Position numbers and translations under genes: made by a program. A stretch of DNA of 55,630 bases from Moniliella sp. 'wahieum'. Lineage: Eukaryota. Position 1 is the first letter of the stretch. Each line of letters starts with the position of its first letter. The DNA lies in assembly GCA_003971905.1 (NCBI GenBank), contig RSEE01000123.1, positions 124,001-179,630 on the forward strand. Reading direction: 5' to 3'. The notes under the pieces were generated by a model. The model saw only the letters and a list, made by a program, of their open reading frames with translations. It was not told the origin of the DNA and ran no database searches. Of this stretch, positions 39,789 to 52,880 are shown piece after piece.

Positions 39789-40820
39789 CGGGGACAACGG
39801 ACGCACGCACGAGGCAGGGCGTGGGGGCCGCGATGGAGAGGGCGGGCGGTGGATGAGAGGTGGCGGGGAATGGTGGTGGTGGTGGAGACAGAGGGGGAGA
39901 TGGAGATGGGGCAGGCGATGGGGATGGAGGGGGCGGCGTCTGCTGGCCTCTAAGCCTTCGCTCCGCAGAGAGAGGATCGCTGATCGCTGAGAAAGGAGAG
40001 AGGAGCGCTGAGCCTGAGCGGTGAGTGGTGAGGTGATGGATGACATCCCACAGCAGCCACGGCGTGTGACGAGTGTCGGGGCGCACACTGATGCCGTGCC
40101 GGGCGGGTGCGCGCGCCTGCGACGCGCCCGCGGCGCGTCTGCGCACCACACTGGCGCTGTGCCGTCCTCCATGCCGCCACTGCGCCACCCCCGACAGGAC
40201 TGCTGGGGGCTGTGCGGCAGGGCGCGGCGCGGCCAAACGGAGCAGCCGGGCCGAGGCTCCGTGCTAGGGTTGCACCCTCCCTCGTTTGAACGTTGAACGT
40301 TCAGTTGAACGATGAACGTATCGATCAGGCTGGTCTTGTTTGCACCAGCAGCTTTCCAAACAGGCCGCACTGGGCAGACCCCAATGTTCATGAGGATCGA
40401 TGGCCAGCTACGAGATAACCACAGCGAGTTGCACTATGCGTCGGCTATCCCGCAGCCCCACCGTGCCCCAGGCGGGATGGCCGAGGCGGGGGAGGTCAGA
40501 GACGCGTGGAATATCCTGAATGGCGCTGGGGACGAGGTGTGTGACGCTTCCCTGGATGTCACACGTCACATGCGCATCTCATGCATCATGCGTCATGCCT
40601 GCTGCCCCGCACCCGAAGAACGGCGCACTGATCCGCTGGACCAGCGTTGGGTCTACAACCTACCCTGTGTGTTACCGGTTGCCCTGGGCCTGAGCCCGCA
40701 GAAACACAAGTAGCCCAGTCCCCTCCCATCTCGCCAAGCGAGAACAAAGCCGTGTAATACTGCCATGTGCCATTGCCATGTACCATTGCCATGGTCGCGT
40801 GGGTCTCGATGGAATAGTTG

Positions 40821-42708
40821 CTAGTGAGCGGGCTCAGTAGCTGCCCGGCGGGGCGCGCCAGGCGCGGGGGGGTAGCCTGGTGGAGGTGCTGCTGACGCAG
40901 GCTGGTAGCCTGGCGCAGCCGGATCGTAGCCCGGGTACGCAGATGGCGGTGGAGGGCCCGGCCATTGAGGACCGGCCACCGGTGCGGGCCAGTACGGCCA
41001 AGGAGCGCCGCCAGGTACAGCAGGAGCAGGGTAGGCCAACGGCGCATACCCGTATCCCGGTGCAGGGGGTACAGAGGGCGCCCCATGAGCCTGGTGAGGG
41101 AATAAGGTCCCGGTGCTGGTCCTCCTCCTCCTCCTCCTCCTCTGCCACCACGACCACGACCGCGACCGCGCGCCCAACCGCGTCCTCCTCGTCCCTGCAC
41201 GCTGGGATGGTAGGTGCTCATAGGATGGTCATAGGGCGCGCCAGGGAGAGAATATTCGCGGGCTGACGGTGCCGTTTCTTTCCCGTGGCAGAGCGCCTTG
41301 CGCCGGACGTTTGTGCGCTTTGCGCGCTCGACGCGCTTGCTGTTCCGCCTCGTCGTCACTGTACTCCTGCTCTTCCTCCCCCACCTCCTCGTCGTGGATG
41401 TTACTAGCGTCGCTGCCCTTGGGCAGTAACTTGAGCGCCGCCGTCTCCACGATCGAACATGTGTGCGTGTCAAAGTAGATCTTGGTGCCCATCGGCAAGT
41501 CGATTGCTCGGAAGGTGGTCTGTGTCGCAGGCGGACTGCAAGCTGGCACAGCAGGGGGCGTAGGATCGACCGAGGAGGCTGGGGCAGTACCTGAAGCGAG
41601 CACAGGTGCCTCGTCTGGTTCTGTCGTGGACTCCTTCTCCTTGGGCATGGTGGTGTCCTCCACAGACACCGGATCCGCCTTGGAAGAGTCTTGCTGCGGT
41701 TGAGGTGGTGCTTGCCCCGGCGCGTGCTGAGCTTCGGCCGATGCGGGGGGTAGGGGAGCAGGTTCTTGCGAGCGAGTCGTAGGTGCCTGAGACGAAGGGT
41801 TGGTCGGTGGCAAGAGAATAGAGTAAAACGGTTCTTGCAACGAGCCAAACGTCTCAAACACTGCCCCTACCACCGTCCCATCCTCCAACGTCAACGTCGA
41901 ACCAGTATCAATCACAGCGTATACCTCCGCATGCGGGCCGGCAGCACGCAGCTTGCCTCCATATGGCAAAACGTTTTGACCCGGACGCGCACGGGGGAGC
42001 GCGCCCCCGCCCCCCTCCACATCTGCTTCACCACCACCACCGCATCGTCAATCACAGAAAGCAGTTGTCCGAGGTAATGCAGCCGCGTGCGGTCGGCAAT
42101 TCGGTCGCCGGGAGCCAAGCCAGCTGGGAGTGGCACAGGATTCACCCCGCCCACAGGCACGTCGTGTACTTCGTTCTTAGTTGCCGGGCCATGGAACAAG
42201 GCGTGGGCAGCGCCTTGCAGCTTGTTCCGTGACCCACCATCTTCCTCGTCCGACTCGCCACCGGGAACCTCCTCCACCTGCTCCACGTCCGGCTCTGGCT
42301 CAGGATCACTCTCACTCTCGCTCTCCCTTGCTCCTGCGCCTCGGCCAATAGCTTGGCCAGCTGCGCGCGCCGACGCACAAGCGACTTGTAGTCCCCAGCC
42401 TTGCCTGCGGACATGGTGCTGGAGTCTGAGTCCGAGTCCGAGTCCGAGTCAGAGTCAGAGCCAGGGGACGAGGACGAGGAAGAAGACGAAGAAGCGCGGG
42501 AGCCCGGGGCAGAGGGAGCAGGCTTGCGCTGGGCCATGGTTGCTTTCACCCGGTTGCGCAATTCCTCCAGACTGGGCTGGGCTACCTGGACGTCGTCGGG
42601 GCGGGGGACAGACGATTGGGTGGGGGGAGGGCAGGGGTGCTGGAGACGTCGGCAGCAGGGGTGGCGCCTGCTCTAGCTCTAGCGCCTGCTCAGAAGGCGG
42701 AGTGACAT
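40821..42708 (-). CDS. NAF1: H/ACA snoRNP assembly factor Naf1 (ends approximate)
   Basis: Acidic Ser/Asp tract, ATKNEV, GAVFETFGSLQEPFYSI, KGSDASNIHDEEV..EYSDDEAE, an RG-rich segment and a Pro/Tyr-rich tail. Confidence 0.87.
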
Positions 42709-43030
42709 GGTGGATGGCCGAGGCGGGTGTGGGCGGTGGTGATGAGGCGGGAGCAGCAGCTCGAGTGGGAGCAGCTGGGCCGACAGCCGCAAAAAGAAAA
42801 ATCAAAATACGGCGGCCACAACAAAATACAAACCCACCTCCCACCATGGCCAGGTGCATCGGTGCAACTGGGCACGTGACTCAGTGATGCCTGCATTTCA
42901 CCTCGTTCGGGCGGCTGTCTGCGAGGGAAGCAGGCCGAGCGCAGTGGTGGGCGTACTCAAGCAAGAGTGTATGCCAACCACACCGCACCCCATCCCGCCT
43001 CCTCACCAACACACCCGTCCCCTCACGCCC

Positions 43031-43416
43031 ATGCCGCCCTCACAGCCCAGCCCGCCGCCCAAGAAACACGTGTCGGCCAGCTCCAAGGCCCTCCGTGACC
43101 CACACAAGCCCAAACGCGCGCGCACCGCCTACATGTTCTTTGCCCTCGCTGCGCGTCCACGCGTCCGCCAGGACCACCCAGCCGCATCCTTCAGTATGCT
43201 ACCCCCCCCCCCCCCTTTTGCGCTCACGGTCTCTCACCTCCCTTTCGTGCTCGCGTCTCTCACCTCCCCCTGGGCGTTAGGCGATATAGGCCGCCTACTC
43301 GGCCAGAGATGGAACGGGCTGAACGAGCGCGAAAAAAGTCGTTCCGCGCCCTGGCTGAGCAGGACAAGCGCCGGTCCGAGCGCGAAATGTCCGTGTACAA
43401 GGCCCAGTCGCGCTAA
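43031..43416 (+). CDS. NHP6: Single HMG-box protein, Nhp6-like; intron 43194-43280
   Basis: DPHKPKRARTAYMFFA...F|SDIGRLLGQRWNGL...AEQDKRRSEREMSVYK. Confidence 0.75.
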
Positions 43417-43629
43417 CCCCCCGCCCCCAACATTTCCTTTCCTGGCACCTACCCCCCCACACGCACCGCGTCTCTGTCCACCACGCATTCCTCCACCCGC
43501 GTCTTCTCTCTGATCCACCACTGTATTTGAATCCGCCCATCCCTTTTCCTCCTCTTGGTTCCAAATGCGACACAGACATCCATTCCCATGCTGCGACGCA
43601 GCTGGTGCCATAGCGCAAGCCACGCGATT

Positions 43630-44884
43630 TTACTTGGCCTGCTTTTTAGCCTCGGCCTTGGCGTGCTCGGCACGCGCCCAAGCCTGGCGCCGGTTGGTGG
43701 TATCGTAGGCCTTGGCGCCTCCCTGGGCCGTGAGCACCTCGACACCCGTTTCGGTGATAAGCAGCGTCTCTTCCGACGCGGCCGACCACTGACCCGAAGC
43801 GGTTTGCGACAGTCCAGTCGTCGGGCCAGCTCACGTCGCGCCAGTCCGATCCCAAGTTGAGCATCGGTTCAATGGTAAAGATGTGGCCTGGCTGCATGAC
43901 GCCATACGCCTTCTTGGTGCGGTGGTGGAACACAGTAGGCGGACCATGGAACATGTCCCTGCCAATACCGTGGCCGGTATAGTTGCGCACGACGGAGCAC
44001 CCGCGTGCCTCGGCCACAGGCTCAATCACATGCCCCAACGCGCCATACGGAATGCCAGGACCACAGAGCGCAATCGCAATGTCCAAGCACTGCCGCGCCG
44101 TCTTGATCAGCGTCATGGCCTGCTCGTTCGCACGCGCCTTAGGTCCAACAGGGTACGTCATGTTCAAGTCGCCGTGATAGCCCTTGTGGAAAAGCGTCAC
44201 ATCCAAATTAATCACATCCCCATCTTGTAGCACGTACTGGTCGGGAATCCCATGACAAATCACCTCGTTCACCGAGGTGCAAATGCTCTTCGGGTACCCA
44301 TGGTACCCCAACGGAGACGGAGCACAGTCCCGCTTGATCGATTCCGCAAAACAAATTTGGTCCAGGTAGTCCGTCGTCACCCCCGGCCGCACATGCGCAG
44401 CCACAATGTCCAACACCTCACGCGCTAACGCACACGCTTTCCGCATCCCGGCAATCGTCTCTTCCGTGTTGATCTTAATCGCCTTGGTGGGCATCTGAAC
44501 CAAGGTCAGTCAGTACTTCTCTCTCAAACTCAAACTCAAACTCAAACTCAACCCCACACTCAAGTTCAAGCGCAAGCTCAAGCTCAAGCTCAAGTTCAAG
44601 CGCAAGCGCAAGCGCCAGACCCCACCCAAAAGTTCACGCCACACTAAGGAAGAAGAGCGTACACTTTCACGCAGGTACTCGCGCTGGTAGTTGGGTTTCA
44701 CCACCGAGGAAGGGATCTTGGACTTGGGCGTGAGCGGGTAGACGGCGCGCAGCGCGCCCGTGTACTTAAACTCGGGGAACGGGTCGTACGTCTCGGCCAG
44801 GGGCTGCGCCTCGGGCGGGATGGGCGCATCCTCAGCCGGCGCGCCAAATCCCGGACGCGGGATACTCGACTCGGTACTGGACAT
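43630..44884 (-). CDS. MAP1: Methionine aminopeptidase type 1 lacking the N-terminal zinc finger; intron 44495-44662
   Basis: YDPFPEFKYTGALRAVYPL, PSPLGYHGYPKSICTSVNEVICHGIPD, NLDVT..YHGDLNMT, YTGHGIG, FTIEPM and EETLLITETGVEVLT. Confidence 0.9.
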
Positions 44885-47800
44885 GGCACGTAGCTCAAAA
44901 GTAGGTACAGATGCCACGCAAAAAGTGGCTGGGACGAAGGGTAGAGGTGCTGGTGGTGGTTGGTGGTGGTGGTGGTGACTGGGGGGCGGGACTGCTTCTA
45001 TTCTCGTCCTCAAGATTTGGTTCTGGGGGAGGTTTTTTTCTTGTGACCGCCTCAGCGCGGGGGCGGAACGAGCAGGTTAACCCTAGCGTACTGACATGTT
45101 GACAGGCTCCTGGGGGACCTAACCCTACTGCCCGAGCATCTGGCAACCGAGATTTAGCATTTGTTTACCCACTTTTCCTTCGATGTGAGCATGAGCACTG
45201 AGCCCACCACAGAAGCCACTCCCAGGGCAAAGATCGGGGGGTATTCGAAGAATCAGGCTCATTGAATTCGACTAGTGCACTGATGCAAAAGAAAGGGTTG
45301 GGTGGTGTTGTGCTGTTGGATTTGGGATTTTGGACTCCATAGCGAGGGTGGGGGGGGGGGGTACCGCCCTTGCTTCATTAAAACTCTGTCACGCAACCGG
45401 AACCCCAACATTCCGTGCTTCGGTTCTAGTTGCTCAACCACGTCCTCTCAAGACGGATAGGCTTCTCAGAGAAGACTGGATTACCAGTTGTCGGATCAGT
45501 GTACCGCTAGCACCCCGATACGTTCCATCGTGGGTTACCATCACCGACGGTCGGCCGGTCCAGAGCGGCTGCACTGTGTGTCGCGGAGGGGGGTGGGGAC
45601 GCTTGCATTTTGGTAGCCCGGTTCTACACGAGAGACAAGAGAAGAGAGGGTGGACATCAATCCACCGACAGTCCAGCAGGAAGAGCTTGTTTTATGATGG
45701 GTCTGGTTGGACATCAGCAGCACCAGCTCTGTCACGCGGCCAGTCGGGGTTATAAGGCGGGGGAAACCAGAGTCGAGACCATGCCACGGGGTGTAGCAAT
45801 CGTTCGTGGGGAGGAAGCAAGAGCAAAAGACTGGATGGTGTTATTCGGAAAAGAACAGGGACAGAGCGAGACGAGACACTCAGGGACGAAGAAGTTGGAA
45901 ATGGGAGTGAGATCAGCCGAACGATGTCAAGCACAGGACCGTCGCTTGCGTCGTCGCCAGCGCCTTGGCAAAGCCAGAGTGCAATGGAAAGGGATTCAAT
46001 ACTTGAACCACTGCACACCTCTCGCTATCGCGAGTGCACTCGCTACGGGGTTCGCTTTTTTCCTACAGATTCTAAACAGGTAGAGCATCTTCACAGTCGT
46101 GCGTGTCCCTCGGCGGTTGCTCTGTCACGGAAGAGTGGTGGCCGGGGACGTTCTTCCCTGTCTCCCTCTTCTCCCTGCCTGGGTCAGTCTACGTCGAGGC
46201 TCGTCGTGTTCATTCGCATATGCAACCGCAACCTTGCCACGCCGGTGACCCGGTGAAGCGCCAATTAACAGGTCTCACCTGTTTCTAGCTCCATCCGGAT
46301 CTGCCAATAGTGTTCAGGCTGGAGCAACGTTGAAGTTCAACCGTCAGCGGCCTGTCCTCCTTCAAGAGAACGCGCCCGTAAACCGTAAAGTGTGGATCGG
46401 GCTCCTCAGCCGGCAGGGCCCGCCTAGTATGATAGTCTCTGTTTCAATTGACTCTGTACATCTAATAGCGACTGCTGGTGAGTGTACTGTTAGTCTTCTG
46501 CCTGATTTCGACACCATCTTCCCCTTGCCCCCCTACATAGGCCGGTGAACGTCAACCCGTAAGGGTCTCCTTGGGAATTCTCTGTTGAAGCCGTGTGCCA
46601 TTTGAGTGCACAGATGAAACTGCGACTCGTTTCGGCCCATGAGGGGGACGTCGAGTGCTGGAATGGAAATCGGTCTGTTTCTGCAGGTTCGTAGTATACC
46701 TACAAGGAGGACCACCGGGCCTACGGCCCGGGTCAGGCCGTTCCACCGTCGCCACCGTAGCCACCGTTCCACGCTGGAGAGGGAACATAATATCACCGAT
46801 GCGTGCGGGTGGGCAGGAAGGTGGCACCGGTCAGGGAACGTGGCACCGGTCGCTGAGTAAAAGCGTGCAGATCGGGGGATTCATAATATAGAAGGAGTTG
46901 GCTAGTACTAAGTCTCAGTGGAAATGGTTCCTCGCTCGGATGTCAACCACGTTCATCCATGTCCACACGCGCTTCCTAGGGTACGGGACCGGATGGCGAG
47001 AGCCTGTAGGGTCCTGATATCTGGCGATCCCCCTGGTCCTTCACCTGGTGGCGCTTCCAAGCAACCCCCGCAGATGAACGGTTAGGTTTAGACGTAGCGT
47101 TCCCCCTGTCCCAGCCTTAAGCTGTCAATGAAATGGACGTGATACTAGAGATCCTTTTTTTGGTAGCAACGCCGGACAGAAAAAATTAGCCGGGTACAGA
47201 GCATCCCATCTGTCACTCGGTGGGGTACGACACTCTACTCTGATCATTCAAATTAGAGGATATAGATGATCCGTCTCGCTGGGATTCTGGCCGGTCTCCT
47301 CCCACCACTGCTGCATGAGCTTTCCTTGGGGACGATGTGACGTCGCCTGAAGCACTCCGTGACACTGCTCTAAAAACGAGGCGGTACTGAGCTGAACCGA
47401 GGGGGGTACAAGTGCATATACACACAGCAACCTCTGTCAACACAGAGGCGCGAAGACACTGTCGCGACCCACCCTTCATCACATCGACATCCGAGCGTCT
47501 CTGGCTCCCAGGGACGGAGGGACACGGCAGCGGGACACCTCGGGGACAAAGGACTGCTGTCAACAGGGGTCCATGAGACAATGTTGGTTCAGCGGACCAA
47601 ACTCGGTCCTACTGTCCTCCTTTGGTCGGCTTGATCGAGTGTGATGCGGCCAACCCGCAAAACAAGGAGCACTGGCATCCCGGTGACGGTGTGGTCGAGT
47701 GATCGAGTGCTCGGGATGTGACCGGGTGATGAGCAACGGATGGTTGGGACATGGGACATGGGACATGGGATTGGGGATGCTGATGGGGACGCGCCGGCGG

Positions 47801-48242
47801 GATGTTGTGCGGGGTAGCGTGGGGCAGCGCGTTGGGATGGCCGGGGGACGATGCAGGAATATCTGCCTTGCGGACCATCTCATCCAGCTAGCTACGCATC
47901 GACCCCATCAAGAGCGTCGAGCGTTGGGGAAGAGACCCGAGTCAGCCGACGGTGACGTGGCCAGGTGCGCTGACCTAAGCCAGAGCGAGGAGGGCGCACG
48001 CGCAAGCCACCGCACAGAGTGCGCGGGCGGGCAGGGCGCCAGTGTGGGGCGGAAGCTGGGCGGGTGGGGCTTAGCTCAGCGCTGAGGCTCAGCGCTCAGC
48101 AGCATGCAATTGCGCATCGCAGCGACCCGCAGCGGGGAGCGCAGCCGCCGTGCGCTTGCGGCGCCTCCATCTCCATCTACTCCCATCCCATCCCATCTCG
48201 TCCCATCCCGTCTCTCTCGCCCCCCCGCCGCCGCCCGCCCCC

Positions 48243-51200
48243 ATGCCTACGCGGACCACCTGCCCTCCCGGCCCGTCGACCGCGACAAGGCCGAGTCCGA
48301 GCTGGCCATGCACATCAAGAAGGCGTGCAGCCCCGAGGAGACATCGCCCAAGCAGAAGCATGTGCGCAAGTGCATCGTCTACACCTGGGACTACCACACC
48401 TCCGTCTCCTTCTGGACCGGCCTCCGTGTCCAGCCCATCCTCGGCGACGAGATCCAGACGTTCAAGGCGCATCCTCGTTCACAAGGTCCTCCAGGAAGGC
48501 CACCCCATTGTCCTCCGCGAAGCGCAGCAGCACACCGTCTGGCTCGAGACCGCCGCCCGCATGGCCGAGTCCACCTCGCCCGGATCCATCAATTATGTCC
48601 CGCTCATCCAGGCCTATGTCCGCCTCATCCTCGCCAAGCTCCGCTTCCACCGCACCCACCGCGAATTCAATGGCCTGTTTGAGTACGAGGAGTACATTTC
48701 CCTCAAGAACATTGACAATCCCGATGAGGGGTATGTGGTACTATCTTTGCTTTCCCCCCGCACAGTGTGTGTGTGTGTGTATATGTGTGCTGACGCTGCC
48801 CACCCTACAGATACGAAACGATTTCCGACCTGATGAACCTAGGACAACATTGACTCGTTCGCAAAGATGGTCTTTGCCCATTTCCGCGGCGGGACGAACA
48901 ACGAGGCGCGGATCGCGGCCTTGGTGCCGCAAGTGAAAGAGTCGTATGGCATCTACAAGTTCCTGACATCCATGTTGCGTGCCATGTACCGTCGCACGGG
49001 CGCCGAGGAGGCGATTGAGCCATTACGCCAACGCTACAATCACCAGCACCACACCTCCGACGGTTTTACAACGAGTGTGTCAACCTCAAGTACTTGACCT
49101 CGTTGATCCAGGTGCCCAAGTTGAACCGCGATCCACCCAACTTGCTCGAATCGCCCGATGCACCGGACTTGCCCATGCGTAAGCCCGCCACCCCCCCCGC
49201 CGCCCACCCCGCCGCGCGACACCACCCCAGCGGGACCCACGCAGGAGATTGATGAGCAGGCGCGCCTCTTGAAGCATTACGAGGACAAGCAAAGGCCCTC
49301 AAGGCACAAGAGGAAGCCGAACGTAAGCCAAGCCGAGTTGCAAGCGCAACAGCAGCGCGATTCGAGGAAGAACAGCGCAAGCAGGCAGAGCAACAACGAC
49401 TGGCCCAAGAGCAGCTGCTGCAGCAACAGTTGGCCGCCGCCGCGGCGGTCGCCAGGCTGAATTGGAGCGCGAGTTGCTGGCCATGCGTGGACAGTGGGAG
49501 CGCGACCAACTCATGCTGGAACAGTACGATCGCCGTGTCAAGGCGCTGGAGATGGAGATGGCGTCGGTGGGGGCGAATGTGCAAGCCCAGCTGGGTGCCA
49601 AGGATGACTTGATCCGTCAGCTGCAGGAGCAGGTCCAGCTATGGCGGTCCAAGTACGAGGCGTTGGCCAAACTTTACAGTCAACTGCGTACCGAGCACCT
49701 GGACATGCTGGGCAAGTACAAGCAGTTCCAGCTCAAGGCCGGCAGTGCCCAGGAATCGATCGATAAGATGGAACGAATGGAAAAAGATGTGCGGGCAAAG
49801 AACCTCGAATTGGCAGATATGATTCGGGAACGCGACCGTGCCCGCTTTGAGCTGGACAAGATTCGCAATTCGCAAAAGGAAGAGTTTGACCGTCTGAAAC
49901 GCGACTTGATGTTTGCCAATGAGCGGGCGGAAGATGCGTCGCGCGCCGGTCATCCGAGATGGGCAACGTGATGGATACGCTCAATCGCCAGATTACCGAG
50001 CTGGAGAATCCTACGCCAAAAGCAGAAGGAAACCGAGGGCAATGCGATGCAGCTGCGCGAGTGGGAGGATGCGATGGCGCGGTTGCGCGATGAAAAGGAT
50101 GCCGAGATTGCCATTCTGCAGGAGGGCATGGACGAGACGATTCAGCAGATGAATGCGCTGTCGGTCAACCAGGGCAACAACGACGACGCGGTCAACGCCC
50201 AGATTGATACGATCATTTGGACAACACCAAGAAACTCAACTCCATCATCGACTCTATTTTGCGTGCATGTGCGGACAAGGTGGACGATGCGCTGTACGAG
50301 CTAGAATCGCCTGCGGCACATGGTAACAATACGGCCACGCCCGAGTATGTGCTGTCGATGATTGAAAAGGGGGTGGAGAGCGTGATGGACTTCTCGTCGA
50401 CCTTTAGTCTGTTCCTGGATGGCAAGCGGGCGGGGAGCACGTCGAGGTGATCAAGAAGGCCAACCAGTTTGCTCAAACGGCGCGGACGTGCTGCTGAGTA
50501 CAAAGGGCATCACTCGCTTGGCACAGAGCGACGATGTGGCAGACACGATTGTCTCGACGGGCCGCACGGCCGGGACGACGGTGATCCGGTTCTTTGAGAA
50601 CCTGCAGAGTTATCGTCCCCCCGCCCAGAGACAAGCTGGCTTGCCGACCCAAACGATGCAAACCCGTTCGGCCTTGGGCGATCTGAGCACGTTGGTGGAG
50701 GGCATGCTCAAGTCACAGGAGACAAGAAACTGCTCAACTCGAATGACATTGGAGACCTGGTGGAAAACGAGATGATGAATGCGGCTCAGGCGATCGAAGC
50801 CGCGACCCAGCGATTGCAAATGCTCATTGGCCGGCCGAAAGATAAGTACAGTCCTACGGATTTGGCGTGCACGATGCGATCTTGGCCGCCTCGCTGGCCA
50901 TTACCCGTGCCATTGCCGGTCTGATCCAGGCTGCGACCGACTCACAGCAGCATGAGATTGTCGCCATGGGCCGCGGATCGTCGACAAACCAACAGTTTTA
51001 CAAGAAGAACAACCGTTGGACCGAGGGACTCATCTCGGCCGCCCGCGCTGTCGCATTTGCCACTACCATGCTGATCGAAGCGGCGGACGGAGTGATCTCC
51101 GGCACACATTCGCTTGAGCAACTGATTGTCGCATCCAACGAGGTGTCAGCTGCGACGGCCCAGTTGGTCGCTGCGTCCCGCGTCAAGGCCGAGTTGATGA

Positions 51201-51467
51201 GTAAGACCCAAGATCGTCTCGAACGCGCGGCTAAGGCCGTGACGGAGGCGTGCAAGGCGTTGGTGCGCCAGGTCAAGACCATCACCGAGAAACAGTCGGC
51301 TTTGGAAGGCGAGTCGGATTACTCTACCATGGCCACGCACGAGTTCAAGGTGATGGAGATGGAGCAGCAGTCGAGGTACTCAAGTTGGAGAAAGAGTTGA
51401 CCCAGGCTCGGCGCAAGTTGGGTGCCATGCGCGCGCTGGCTACCACGCCGAAGAGGAGGAGGACTAG
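48243..51467 (+). CDS. SLA2: Sla2/End4 (HIP1R) endocytic adaptor: ANTH, coiled coil, I/LWEQ; intron 48731-48810
   Basis: KKACSPEETSPKQKHVRKCIVYTWDY, FNGLFEYEEYISLK, WRSKYEALAKLYSQLR, FYKKNNRWTEGLISAA, TAQLVAASRVKA and EMEQQ. Confidence 0.95.
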
Positions 51468-52071
51468 GACTAGGACTAGGACTAGCTGCTGCACTGCACT
51501 TGGGCGCGGTTTCGAGACGAGACAATTGGATGCGATGAAAGTGGGCTCGGGTGGGGCGGGTCGGGTACGCGTCGGTGCCTGCTCTTGCTCCTCTCTCTTC
51601 TCTCCCCTTCTGGTCTCTTCTGTTCTGTTCTCGCTTCTCGCTTCTCTTCTTTCCCCCCCCTTCCCATCTCCCGTGCGGTGTGCTGCCTCGAAATTGGATT
51701 GCATTGGACTCTGCATGGGACTCTACGGGGTGGGCACCAGACAAGGCCGGAGGATGGCGAGCGTGGCTGGCGTTGAACGTTGAATGTTGATATTGCGCGG
51801 ATTTCGTAACCCATATCCATAGGCTGGCAGGACACAATGCAGTGGACTCTGGGTAACTACCGGAACTGGCCAACGTTAAACGTACGTTAAACATTGGCCA
51901 ACGGGCACAACCATTCGAGAACCATTCCAATTCCAGCATTGGAGAAAAAAATTGCCTCTTGGCCGAATCGAACGACCGATCTTCTCATACCAGATTTTCT
52001 ACTAGTGAGATGCTTTACCACTGAGCCAAAGGGCTTGTTATACTGGTCTTCTGCTCTTACTGTCCTGCTGA

Positions 52072-52131
52072 TTCTCTTTCTCTTTCCTCCCTTTCTCTTT
52101 CTTCTTTCTCTTTCCTTTCTCTTTCTCTTTC

Positions 52132-52163
<32 letters not shown>

Positions 52164-52204
52164 TCTCTTTCTCTCTTTCTCTTTCCTCTTTCTCTTTCTC
52201 TTTC

Positions 52205-52243
<39 letters not shown>
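52072..52243. repeat. 172-nt pure polypyrimidine (TTTCTC-like) microsatellite
   Basis: Direct reading; no purines on the + strand. Confidence 0.9.
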
Positions 52244-52824
52244 GCCTTTTGCTTGTTTTGCCAGCTAAGCGTAAGCCCGCCTGACCCAGAGCTGATGCAG
52301 ATAGCGCTGGGAAAGCGGTCTAGGAGAGAGAGCGGGAGCGCATTGAGCTCTTGAGCTCTTTTGAACGTTGAGGACGGTGAGCCTGAGGGAATTGAGCTTT
52401 GAGTGCATTGATTCAATTGATTGTTGATGAGATGGTTATTGTCATTGGTGCAATCGCTGTGGACGGCGTGGCTTTGGTGATGGTGACAACTATATGATGT
52501 TCATCGATCTATCATCTCACGGCACGGCATGTGCATGAGGAAGGCGGCAGCCTGGATTTCGACCAGGGTGGTGCATGCCTCACAAGCTTCATGGATCTGT
52601 TGCTGGGCACCAAGTGAGCTCAGTGGCTCAGCACCACATGTGCTGGATACCATCATGGGGCGCTATCGACAGCCTGTACTAGGCGCTGTAGGCCTCGTAT
52701 TACTTGGGAGCTTGCAAGCTTGAAGCTTGAAGCTTGAACGTTCAAGTTGAACACTCCAAACTCGTGTGCCGGATCCGTCCGAGTTTGCGGAAGAGCCGGA
52801 GCCAGGCATGGTCCAAGAGCGCCG

Positions 52825-52880
52825 CCATCGACCATCGACCATCGACCATCGACCATCGACCATCGACCATCGACCATCGA
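52825..52880. repeat. (CCATCGA)x8 heptamer tandem repeat
   Basis: Direct reading. Confidence 0.9.

Noticed and set aside
43031..51467. Mating-type locus (HMG gene near SLA2)
   Set aside because: The HMG box is Nhp6-type, and no homeodomain, pheromone or receptor gene was recognised.
52825..52880. CRISPR-like array
   Set aside because: A simple heptamer tandem repeat without spacers, in a eukaryotic context.
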